64,000 nucleotides of DNA from NCBI GenBank assembly GCA_950097015.1, contig CATNEN010000001.1:7254001-7318000 (forward strand), in the 5' to 3' direction. The notes under the pieces are model-generated. The model did not search any database, was not told where the DNA came from, and saw nothing but the letters and a program-made list of their open reading frames with translations. The stretch's first letter is position 1. Each line of letters starts with the position of its first letter. Shown piece after piece: positions 37,010-48,549 of this stretch. The position numbers and the translations under genes are program-made. The DNA comes from Macrostomum hystrix (Eukaryota > Animalia > Platyhelminthes).

Positions 37010-38275
37010 GGATGGTAGAGGAGGCAGAAAATTAGGGTAGAGGAGAGTGAATGAGGGGTAGAGGGGAGAGAGTTGTAAAGGAAAGAGAAGGGTAGAGGAG
37101 AGAGAGAAGGGTAGAGGAGGAGAGAGAAGGGTAGAGGAGGAGAGAGAAGGGTAGAGGAGGAGAGAGAAGGGTAGAGGAGAGAGAAGGGTAGAGGAGGAGA
37201 GTGAAGGGTAGAGGCGGAGAGAGAAGGGTAGAGGAGGAGAGAGAAGGGTAGAGGAGGAGAGAGAAGGGTAGAGGAGGAGAGAGAAGGGTAGAGGAGGAGA
37301 GAGAAGGGTAGAGGAGGAGAGAGAAGGGTAGAGGAGGAGAGAGAAGGGTAGAGGAGGAGAGAGAAGGGTAGAGGAGAGAGAAGGGTAGAGGAGAGAGAAG
37401 GGTAGAGGAGGAGAGTGAAGGGTAGAGGCGGAGAGAGAAGGGTAGAGGAGGAGAGAGAAGGGTAGAGGAGAGAGAAGGGTAGAGGAGGAGAGAGAAGGGT
37501 AGAGGAGGAGAGAGAAGGGTAGAGGAGAGAGAAGGGTAGAGGAGGAGAGTGAAGGGTAGAGGCGGAGAGAGAAGGGTAGAGGAGGAGAGAGAAGGGTAGA
37601 GGAGAGAGAAGGGTAGAGGAGGAGAGAGAAGGGTAGAGGAGGAGAGAGAAGGGTAGAGGAGGAGAGAGAAGGGTAGAGGAGAGAGAAGGGTAGAGGAGGA
37701 GAGTGAAGGGTAGAGGCGGAGAGAGAAGGGTAGAGGAGGAGAGAGAAGGGTAGAGGAGAGAGAAGGGTAGAGGAGGAGAGAGAAGGGTAGAGGAGGAGAG
37801 AGAAGGGTAGAGGAGGAGAGAGAAGGGTAGAGGAGAGAGAAGGGTAGAGGAGGAGAGTGAAGGGTAGAGGCGGAGAGAGAAGGGTAGAGAAGGAGAGAGA
37901 AGGGTAGAGGAGAGAGAAGGGTAGAGGAGGAGAGAGAAGGGTAGAGGAGGAGAGAGAAGGGTAGAGGAGGAGAGAGAAGGGTAGAGGAGGAGAGAGAAGG
38001 GTAGAGGCGGAGAGAGAAGGATAGAGGAGGAGAGAGAAGGGTAGAGGAGAGAGAAGGGTAGAGGAGGAGAGAGAAGGGTAGAGGAGGAGAGAGAAGGGTA
38101 GAGGAGGAGAGAGAAGGGTACAGGAGGAGAGAGAAGGGTAGAGGAGGAGAGAGAAGGATAGAGGAGAGTGAAGGGTAGAGGAGAGAGAAGGGTAGAGGAG
38201 GAGAGAGAAGGATAGAGGAGGAGAGAGGAGAGAAGGGTAGGGGAGAGAGATGGAGTGGTAGAGGATAGGAAGGAA
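37010..38275. repeat. Polypurine 17/20-bp minisatellite (GAGAGAGAAGGGTAGAGGAG)
   Basis: Almost all purine on the plus strand. Confidence 0.95.
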
Positions 38276-38667
38276 ATACTAATGTAGATCACAATTTCAC
38301 AAGCATGAGTGATGAGTCACACATCCATTGCGCTCAATTAATTAGCAAGTTACGGAATTCAAGCTTCTCAATGTCCACTTCATGTTCATGTTCATGTTTT
38401 TCTATTCCTCTCTCAATAGGTTTGAGTTGATCCATAAGTTTAATTTTTTTGTTTCCTAAATAAAAATCCGATATTGTCAAGAAAGTTGGCTTCCCTTGAT
38501 TCCCATTCCTATTGTTCGTTATGAAAAGCTGTGTACAAATACACTATAGATATACGAGAACTAAATGTATGATTTACAAGAATAACAAAAAAGTAGGTAA
38601 ACGTTTCGTCTATAATGTGCGAGCGAGAAGGCATGTGGGAAAAGATGACAACTGGATAAGAATACGC

Positions 38668-38935
38668 TGGGAGAAAACAATGGGAGAAGAAGACTAGGAG
38701 AAGAAGACATTGGGAGAAGAAGACTAGGAGAAGAAGACATTGGGAGAAGAAGACTAGGAGAAGAAAACAATTGGAGAAGAAGACATTGGGAGAAGAAGAC
38801 TAGGAGAAGAAGACATTGGGAGAAGAAGACATTGGGAGAAGAATACATTAGGAGAAGAATACTAGGAGAAGAAGACATTGGGAGGAGAAGACATTGGGAG
38901 AAGAAGAAGACATTGGGAGGAGAAGACAGTGGAAG
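38668..38935. repeat. 14/16-bp minisatellite (GGAGAAGAAGACATTG/GACTA)
   Basis: Tandem units. Confidence 0.9.
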
Positions 38936-39110
38936 AGACGTCATCGAGCAATCGGAAAAAATCTAAAGTCAACGTAGCAGAAGCCCTCTCTATACGTTAG
39001 AAGCAGTGCCACTCAACCCTCACAGCAAAAGCTATCAGCCAATGGGATTGCGCCTAGGACGCACCCGATTGGACTAGGCTAGAGCGAGAAGCGAGATCTG
39101 AGGAGGGGTT
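38936..39110 (+). promoter_or_regulatory. Putative Tbx2 proximal promoter
   Basis: GACGTCA (CRE-like), CCAAT at about 39039 and ATTGG at about 39068, 130-300 bp before the ATG. Confidence 0.35.
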
Positions 39111-39232
39111 GGGCCTTACTGGCGGGCCCTAAAATCAGTTTTTCTCGACCGTCCGTCCAAAGTTATTTTGCTTGTTAATCTTCTACAAAAAACCCAAGCA
39201 ACAGAATAAAGCAGAAATTGAAGGTAGACAAA

Positions 39233-42200
39233 ATGGCCTCCAATCCGTTTGATCCTGTGTTCCTGCAGAGCTCGATCGCTCAATCCGCGGCATCCACGGC
39301 CGCTGCAGCTTCGGTGTTTGGTTGGGCATTTGAACAGCAGCAGCAGCAGCAGCAGCAGGATCTGGCCAGCACTGGAACGATAGTTAAAGATCAACCGAGG
39401 GTGGATCTGATGGAGAAAGAACTGTGGAATCAGTTCCACTCAGTGGGAACTGAAATGGTCATCACCAAGAGCGGAAGGTGAGCAGTTTTTAGGGATTATT
39501 TCATTCGGAGAAATTTTCCTCTGCGTGTGACTTTTTTAGTGGGACTTTGTCCTAATTCTTTCTTTTGGGATTTTATCCCGATTCTTCAGTGGCATTTCAT
39601 CTTGATTCTTCAGTGGGATTTCATCCCGATTCTTCAGTGGGATTTCATCCCGATTCTTCATTGGGATTTCATCTTGATTCTTCAGTGGGATTTCATCTTG
39701 ATTCTTCAGTGGAATTTCATCCCGATTCTTTAGTGGGATTTTATCACGATTCTTCAGTGGGATTTCATCCCGATTCTTCAGTGGGATTTTATCCCGATTC
39801 TTCAGTGGGATTTCATCCCGATTCTTCAGTGGGATTTCATCTTGATTCTTCCGTGGGATTTCATCCCGATTCTTCAGTGGGATTTTATCCCGATTCTTCA
39901 GTGGGATTTCATCCCGATTCTTCAGTGGGATTTCATCCCGATTCTTCATTGGGACTTCATCTTGATTCTTCAGTGGGATTTCATCTTGATTCTTCAGTGG
40001 GATTTCATCTTGATTCTTCAGTGGGATTTCATCTTGATTCTTCATTGGGACTTCATCTTGATTCTTCAGTGGGATTTCATCCCGATTCTTCAGTGGGATT
40101 TCATCTTGATTCTTCAGTGGGATTTCATCTTGATTCTTCATTGGGATTTCATCTTGATTCTTCAGTGGGATTTCATCTTGATTCTTCAGTGGGATTTCAT
40201 CTTGATTCTTCAGTGGGATTTCATCTTGATTCTTCATTGGGATTTCATCTTGATTCTTCAGTGGGATTTCATCTTGATTCTTCAGTGGGATTTCATCTTG
40301 ATTCTTCAGTGGGATTTCATCTTGATTCTTCATTGGGATTTCATCTTGATTCTTCAGTGGGATTTCATCTTGATTCTTCATTGGGATTTCATCTTGATTC
40401 TTCATTGGGACTTCATCTTGATTCTTCAGTGGGATTTCATCTTGATTCTTCAGTGGGATTTCATCTTGATTCTTCAGTGGGATTTCATCTTGATTCTTCA
40501 TTGGGATTTCATCTTGATTCTTCAGTGGGATTTCATCTTGATTCTTCAGTGGGATTTCATCTTGATTCTTCAGTGGGATTTCATCTTGATTCTTCATTGG
40601 GATTTCATCTTGATTCTTCAGTGGGATTTCATCTTGATTCTTCAGTGGGATTTTATCCCGATTCTTCAGTGGGATTTCATTCCGATTCTTCAGTGGGATT
40701 TCATCCCGATTCTTCAGTGGGATTTCATCCCGATTCTTCAGTGGGATTTAATCTTGTTTCTTCAGTGGGATTTCATCCCGATTCTTCTGAAGGATTTTAT
40801 CCCAACTCTTGAATGAAACATTATCCTTTTTTCAGTGGGATTATATGCCTTTTCGTCACTGGGGATTTTATTCCGATTATTCATTGGGATTATAATCAGA
40901 TTCTTCACAGGGATTTTATCCCAATTGTTTATCCTATGCTTGCAGCATCTAAATTCGTTTCATCAAACTTTTCAGTTAAATTTTTTATCTCAACACCGAA
41001 TCAAAGTCAGATATCAGTTAATAAAACTGTGCTAGTGTCCATGCGGCAGCAGCCTCTGCAATCTGCACACGGCACATTTCAAAGGTCTCTCGAGTTTCCA
41101 GACATTTTGGCGCCGTGAAGCTAGATTTGGTAGAGACGCGCTCTTAAAAAATGTTTAAACTGCCAAGTCCTAAAACAGCTTTTTGACTTGAAAACATGTC
41201 TAATTACACCCAAAAATCTGTGCTGGCACTGCATCGGTGCCTGCAAGTCTACTTGATGTTTGCTTGAGTTCATCAACTGCTTGAAAAAAATAGTTTGTGT
41301 TTATACAGCTCGAGTGCAGTGCAGTACATTGTGCAGTGCCTGTGATGATGTCTTGTTTTGTTTAGGTTCGCTATTGCTCGACTCTAGACTGTAGAACCAG
41401 TGTGACACTATACTCACATTTTATTCGAACTACAATGAATCGATTGAATGACTGTCTCCTCGATTATGGCAAGCTCCGATGCAGGGATAAATTAACTTTA
41501 ACTAATTTGGATTTTAAGAATAATTATCATATTTTATATTAAAAAATCCACATTTATTTGTTTAAATCAATCGGACAATTAATCACAAAAGTTGTGTGCC
41601 TGGGGTCCAACTATGCGAAGAGCAAAAATTGAGAAATTTCCATGATTCCTAGAAAATATCTGATTAAAGACCTTTTTGCGTGCATCAAAAATTTACGGAA
41701 TCAAATAACAATCTACTTATTTTTCTGCTATAGGAAATCAAATAAAATAGATGGCTATTTTTCATGACTGTTGGATTGCTATGTACTCAGTGAGTCAAGC
41801 AGGTAGTTTTATTCTTGGGATTTTGTTTTTAATTGAAGTTTCCTGAAAAATATTTCCCGCAGATGACCATCATATTTCACCCAGTTAAATAAATTTGAGA
41901 TGCGAAAAAATATTCTATTTGACGAAAATGGACAATATACTCAAGGGAGGTTGTCAGAAGGAGTGTGTCAGAAGGAGTGTGTCAGAGGGAGGGTGTCAGA
42001 AGGAGTGTGTCAGAGGGAGGTTGTCAGAATGAGTATGTCAGAAGGAGGGTGTCAGAAGGGAGTGTGTCAGAAGGAGGGTGTCAGAAGGAGGGTGTCAGAA
42101 GGGAGAAGTCAGAACGAGTGTGTCAGAAGGGAGGAGTCAGAAGGAGTGTGTCAGGAGGGTGTCAGAAGGAGTGTGTCAGAAGGAGTGTGTCAGAAGGAGT

Positions 42201-45200
42201 GTGTCAGAAGGAGGGTGTCAGAAGGAGGGTGTCAGAAGGAGGGTGTCAGAAGGGAGGAGTCAGAAGGAGTGTGTCAGAAGGAGTGTGTCAGAAGGAATGT
42301 GTCAGAAGGAGGGTGTCAGAAGGAGGGTGTCAGAAGGGAGAAGTCAGAACGAGTGTGTCAGAAGGGAGGAGTCAGAAGGAGTGTGTCAGGAGGGTGTCAG
42401 AAGGAGTGTGTCAGAAGGAGTGTGTCAGAAGGAGGGTGTCAGAAGGGAGAAGTCAGAACGAGTGTGTCAGAAGGGAGGAGTCAGAAGGAGTGTGTCAGGA
42501 GGGTGTCAGAAGGAGTGTGTCAGAAGGAGTGTGTCAGAAGGAGGGTGTCAGAAGGAGTGTGTCAGAAGGAGTGTGTCAGAAGGAGGGTGTCAGAAGGAGG
42601 GTGTCAGAAGGGTGGTGTCAGAAGGAGGGTATCCAGTTGCATATAGTTTATCATAGGAAGTCATCGCGGCAACAGCTTAGAAGTAATCGAATTCAATTAA
42701 AACTGCAATAGTGTAGGCCAATTATCTTGAGCAAACAATTGGCTAATTAGACTGTCAAAACGGTGGTCTCTAGACCCTGAGGTTGATAGCTCATACACAA
42801 CTAACCACAGGTTCTATACGATTGCTTAACTATCGAGTTAGATCAATATTAAAGAAAGAGAAAAAATTCTGAAGCAGAAAATCCAATCAAGCCGGATAAG
42901 CGGATGCCGACTCTAAGAGTCCCAGTTGCTTGTGTTTGTACTCATTAGATTTACCTGTCAATGCTGGTGTTTGCTCTGCTCTGCCAATAGGGAACCACTA
43001 TGGATGATAGATGATCGGTCTATGAACAAACCTGACTACTGCTGGTTGAGCACTTCAGGATAATGAAGAAACCGAGATAATAATTACATGGCTTAGAGTG
43101 ACAGACGAGATTTTAAAGTGACAGTGGAGATTGTAGAGTGACAAAGGAGATTGTAGAGTGACAGAGGAGATTGTAGAGTGACAGAGGGGATTGAAGAGTG
43201 ACAGAGCAGATGGTTGAGTGACAGAAGGGATTGTAGAGTGACAGAGGGGATTGAAGAGTGACAGAGCAGATGGTTGAGTGACAGAAGGGATTGTAGAGTG
43301 ACAGAGGGGATTGTAGAATGACAGAGGAGATTGTAGAGTGACGGAAGAGATTGTAGAGTGACAGAGGAGATTGTAGAGTGACAGAGAAGAGGCAGTCAAT
43401 ACAGTAAATACTGAGGAATGACAGCCTATCCATCTGTTTCCCGTCTGGTTTCCAGGCGCATGTTTCCGCCATTCAAAGTCCGTGTGTCCGGTCTGGATAA
43501 AAAAGCAAAATACGCGATGCTGATGGACATTGTGCCAGTCGACGATTGCAGGTAAGTGAGGTGTCAGGTAGGTTACTGAGGTGTCGGGTAGGTTACTGAG
43601 GTGTCAGGTAGGATACTGAGGTGTCAGGTAGGTTACTGAGGTGTCGGGTAGGTTACTGAGGTGTCAGGTAGGATACTGAGGTGTCAGGTAGGATACTGAG
43701 GTGTCAGGTAGGATACTGAGGTGTCAGGTAGGATACTGAGGTGTCAGGTAGGTTACTGAGGTGTCGGGTAGGTTACTGAGGTGTCAGGTAGGATACTGAG
43801 GTGTCAGGTAGGATACTGAGGTGTCAGGTAGGATACTGAGGTGTCAGGTAGGATACTGAGGTGTCAGGTAGGTTACTGAGGTGTCGGGTAGGTTACTGAG
43901 GTGTCAGGTAGGATACTGAGGTGTCAGGTAGGATACTGAGGTGTCAGGTAGGATACTGAGGTGTCAGGTAGGATACTGAGGTGTCGGGTAGGATACTGAG
44001 GTGTCAGGTAGGATACTGAGGTGTCAGGTAGGATACTGAGGTGTCGGGTAGGTTACTGAGGTGTCAGGTAGGATACTGAGGTGTCAGGTAGGATACTGAG
44101 GTGTCAGGTAGGATACTGAGGTGTCAGGTAGGATACTGAGGTGTCAGGTAGGATACTGAGGTGTCAGGTAGGTTACTGAAGTGTCAGGTACGATACTGAG
44201 GTGTCAAGTAGGATAATGAGGTGTCAAAAGCTGTCAAAAAACTGCAACCCCACCGCCTTTGACGTCACTCCTCAGGTACAAGTTCCACAACTCTCGCTGG
44301 ATCATCGCTGGCAAGGCGGATCCGGAAATGCCCAAACGAATTTACATCCACCCTGACAGTCCTAGTACCGGCGAACAATGGATGCAAAAGATTGTCAGCT
44401 TTCATAAACTCAAGCTTACTAACAACATCTCGGATAGGCATGGCTTTGTAAGCATATTTATAGCCAATCATGATTTGAAGGCTGATTTTAAATAATAATA
44501 AAAAAATATTTCACCTCACCAAGCAGACAGTACTGAACTCCATGCACAAGTATCAGCCGAGATTTCATCTGGTTTGCGCCAACGAAATTCTGCGTTTGCC
44601 GTTTTCGCAATTTCGATCGTTTATTTTCGCCGAGACGGCGTTTGTTGCCGTGACAGCCTATCAGAATGAGAGAATCACCCAGCTAAAGATTGATCACAAT
44701 CCCTTTGCTAAAGGATTTCGCGACAGCGGCGGCGGCCGCAGCTCCAAGAAGATGTGAGCGATGTGGCGGAGATGAATGCTTGGGTGACGGGATGGCAGGT
44801 TAATTAGTTGGGTCAACAGTTGAGTCAGTGTGGGTCAACAGGTGAGTCAGTGTGGGTCAACGGGTGAGTCAGTGTGGGTCAACAGGTGAGTCAGTGTGGG
44901 TCAACGGGTGAGTCAGTGTGGGTCAACAGGTGAGTCAGTGTGGGTCAACAGTTGAGTCAGTGTGGGTCAACAGGTGAGTCAATGTGGGTCAACAGGTGAG
45001 TCAGTGTGGGTCAACAGTTGAGTCAGTGTGGGTCAACAGGTGAGTCAGTGTGGGTCAACGGGTGAGTCAGTGTGGGTCAACAGGTGAGTCAGTGTGGGTC
45101 AACGGGTGAGTCAGTGTGGGTCAACGGGTGAGTCAGTGTGGATCAACAGGTGAGTCAGTGTGGGTCAACAGGTGAGTCAGTGTGGGTCAATAGACAAAGC

Positions 45201-47573
45201 AGGGAGATTGTGGCACACATTAATGATCTGCTAAAAGTCTCTATTAACCCCTCCATCGCTCGCCAGCAAGCTGAACGACAGCCAGTACCTGTTAGAGCAG
45301 GGTCACATGACCCAGCTGCAGCATCAGCATGATCATCGCCAGCGGCTGCTACAACGCCGCTGTGTCAACGCAGACACCAGTAGCTTCGGCGCTATTCATC
45401 AGCGGAGCCTCCAAGATTGCGGCGAAGAAGAATGCGACGAGGATGATGAAGAAGATCAGTTGCTGGACTCGTCCCACATTCGACATGCGGGGCATTTTGA
45501 ACGGCTTCGAGCTCAACGCGACTGTCAGCGATGTAATCGACTACCGACATCGTCCGGCGCCGCTGCATCTTCTGCCTCGGCCAATGAAGGTGGAGCCAGT
45601 CCAGACAATACCGTGACGTCGAGCGATCTGCCTGACTCTGCTGGTGGTGGACTGGCTAATGGTTTGTAGCCTGCCTTATTCAATATTTTTTTCAAGCTAC
45701 CTCATTCCATGCCTATCTTTAATGTACACTCGGAAACCAGCCACCTCACTCCCTGCCTGTCTTAAATGTACATTCGGAAACCAGCCACCTCACTCCCTGC
45801 CTATCTTAAATGTACACTCGGAAACCAGCCACCTCACTCCCTGCCTACCTACCCAGCCCTGCATCTTTCCATCGCGACTCCTGTTGTATACGACAAGCGT
45901 TAAAGTTATAACGCTATTTTCAGGGGCCATTTATTCGAAAAATCGATTTCTAGCTTTTTGTCGAAAAAAATCTGGCCATAACCTGCTCAGTGAAGTTGAG
46001 CAGAAAACTCAACTGCACATGGGCGGCATGCGATCATAAAGACATATATTTATAGAGACAGGTGGTATATGGCTTAGTCTATGGTTTGGTTAATGAGGCA
46101 ATTCCACCTAATCGCCAATTAACCCTCTTTGATTTTATTTTGGTGCCTATCGAAGTGAAACTTCATTCCTTTAATCTCCAGAGCTTCTAGAGGCAATGCT
46201 AGGAATGATTCACAGGGTATGAAAATGGATTTTCTGTTTATGCTACCTTGAATTCAATGGAATTTTTTTCGGGGGGGGAGGAGGTTATAAATGGCTGCGG
46301 ACATAGAAGCTTTTCCGTGTTAGATAAACTTGTCAACTTAACTGTCAAGCCAACTGACAACTTTAGCCACCTGAATCTGGGAAACCAAACTGATTTGTTG
46401 CCTAGCAACTAAATTTGTACCCGTTTCAATTTTCGCTTTTGTGCCATTTGACAACTGTCAATCAATGTCAACCAGAAACCCATAAAGCCGATGATTTAAA
46501 ACTGATTATATTATCCAACATATTGTCTAACCTTGTCTAACAGTGTGTGGTGACCTTGTCTAACAGTGTGTGGAGACCTTGTCTAACAGTGTGTGGAGAC
46601 CTTGTCTAACAGTGTGTGGTGACCTTGTCTAACAGTGTGTGGTGACCTTGTCTAACAGTGTGTGGAGACCTTGTCTAACAGTGTGTGGTGACCTTGTCTA
46701 ACAGTGTGTGGAGACCTTGTCTAACAGTGTGTGGAGACCTTGTCTAACAGTGTGTGGAGACCTTGTCTAACAGTGTGTGGAGACCTTGTCTAACAGTGTG
46801 TGGTGACCTTGTCTAACAGTGTGTGGTGACCTTGTCTAACAGTGTGTGGAGACCTTGTCTAACAGTGTGTGGTGACCTTGTCTAACAGTGTGTGGTGACC
46901 TTGTCTAACAGTGTGTGGTGACCTTGTCTAACAGTGTGTGGAGACCTTGTCTAACAGTGTGTGGAGACCTTGTCTAACAGTGTGTGGAGACCTTGTCTAA
47001 CAGTGTGTGGTGACCTTGTCTAACAGTGTGTGGTGACCTTGTCTAACAGGCTGTCGAGACGTTGTCTGAATGGTTGGAGACCTTGTCAAGCTTGTCTAAC
47101 ATGTTATTGACCCTGCTGTAACACATTTGCGAATTCCAGAGTTCGTTTCTGCCACGCGCTGTCACAATCCACCGCTGCAGCCGCTGCCGATGGCGCCAAT
47201 GATCCACCAGCCGTGGGTGATGCCGCAGTCGTCCTATACACAGCTTTATCTTCATCAGCAGCACCTGTTTCACACTATTCAGCAGGGTTGGTGTTCTACC
47301 GCGGCATCAGCACACAAGCCAGCATCCCACGATGTCGCCTCCGCAGCAGCCGCCGCCGCCGCAGCCGCAGCCGCCGCGATGCAATTCTCCCAGCAGCTGA
47401 TGCTGATGAATCAACAATTGCAACTCAATCCAAGTCCAATGAACTCATCCGTGGCCAAAGTGCTGTCGATGGAATCATTCAAGCGAGATGATCGGTCAAC
47501 AGATTTCACAAAGATTGACACTCTAATTGAGCGCAGAGATCAATCAAAGTCTGCAGCTCAACCTGACAGCTGA
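39233..47573 (+). CDS. TBX2: T-box transcription factor Tbx2/3 (optomotor-blind-like); exons 39233-39477, 43456-43551, 44276-44447, 44527-44753, 45267-45661, 47140-47573
   Basis: [19 protein letters not shown]|[28 protein letters not shown]|[36 protein letters not shown]..|[41 protein letters not shown]; all junction phases are compatible. Confidence 0.95.
39560..40810. repeat. 24-bp minisatellite (GATTCTTCAGTGGGATTTCATCTT), Tbx2 intron 1
   Basis: About 52 units. Confidence 0.95.
41945..42630. repeat. 14-bp minisatellite (GTCAGAAGGAGTGT/GGGT), Tbx2 intron 1
   Basis: Tandem units. Confidence 0.95.
43095..43390. repeat. 20-bp minisatellite (GAGTGACAGAGGAGATTGTA), Tbx2 intron 1
   Basis: Tandem units. 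Confidence 0.9.
43557..44227. repeat. 20-bp minisatellite (GAGGTGTCAGGTAGGATACT) filling Tbx2 intron 2
   Basis: 34 units starting immediately after the donor GTAAGT. Confidence 0.97.
44806..45190. repeat. 22-bp minisatellite (GGGTCAACAGGTGAGTCAGTGT), Tbx2 intron 4
   Basis: About 17 units. Confidence 0.95.
45705..45850. repeat. 44-bp repeat x3 (AATGTACACTCGGAAACCAGCCACCTCACTCCCTGCC..)
   Basis: Tandem units in Tbx2 intron 5. Confidence 0.8.
46525..47050. repeat. 23-bp minisatellite (CCTTGTCTAACAGTGTGTGGAGA), Tbx2 intron 5
   Basis: About 22 units. Confidence 0.95.
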
Positions 47574-47909
47574 TAGTTGGGCCGAAGTTCTCAAAGCGAA
47601 ATAATAAACTTTGAAAATACAATAATGATACGAAAACGAACAAAATCTGCTTTAATTCGTTGTATTAATCATACTGTATGAACGTTTTCATCATTCTCAA
47701 AGTTTGTAGTTTCCGTTTTTTTTGTATTTTTTATTCCAATGATATTCCATGTAAATTATGTCAAAGACAGCTTGACACTTTGAAATTAGCGAATAGATTT
47801 AAAAAAAATTAATACTGTATTGCTGTTTTGTTGTCTAAAGAAACAATTTATTTGTGACGTAATAAACAGACTAAGATATTGATAGAGTTATATTTCCGTT
47901 TTAAAAATC

Positions 47910-47995
47910 TGACACAAAGGACACAATTTTTTCCAGTAGATTCGGGAATCGAACCCCCGACCTTCAAGTCGTTAGTCCGATGCTCTAGCTACATT
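47910..47995 (-). mobile_element. tRNA-derived SINE head (family A)
   Basis: Minus strand GTAGCTAGAGCATCGGACTAACGACTTGAAGGTCGGGGGTTCGATTCCCG..CTGGAAAAAAT. Confidence 0.65.
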
Positions 47996-48549
47996 ATATC
48001 CCATACAAGAATACTAGCAATGCACCGGTATTTATGACACGGATGCTGTCAGTCCCGAGTCATCCTACCGGAGCAGTCCATGCTAGTCTATCCTAACCTT
48101 GCCAGTAGGGAACTCGGTAAATTAGATAACGCAATTTCCTAGACAATCGCTTCATCAGAGACTGGAACTGGGATGATTTTATGGCGGGGTTAACGAGTGT
48201 TCTCGTATCTTTAGCTTCAATTGAAGTGGAGCAGCCGCATTTACCATGGTTTATTCTGGGAGTAACATAGCTCGTAGTTTGAGCTAATCCTTGCAGACTA
48301 TTTCCACTCTTTCCAAATTCTTTCCTATTTTTTTTTCTCTTTAAATCTCTTCGAAGGTCCCGATTCGATCCCAGGCAAAGCTATAGGATTTTTACTCTAT
48401 AGTCAATTATCTAATTTATAAACGAGACTAAATGGCGAGCTGGTCTGCTAACTCACTCAATGGCCGACTGAAAAGGTTTTATGCTTCGCAGGTCAAAGAG
48501 AAAATCCAAGCGATGAAAGCGCGCCCAATTGACAGAGAAATATTGGGCA

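Noticed and set aside
36985-42711. Long ORFs (435, 415, 353, 324, 248 aa) and similar ones at 6934-7988, 10208-11209, 15636-16634, 17375-18127, 51037-51353, 54090-55108, 58124-59476
   Set aside because: Stop-free translations of minisatellites, open in several frames and strands, mostly intronic
48130-48165. CTGATGA...GAAA hammerhead-like core on the minus strand
   Set aside because: Stem II and flanking helices do not pair
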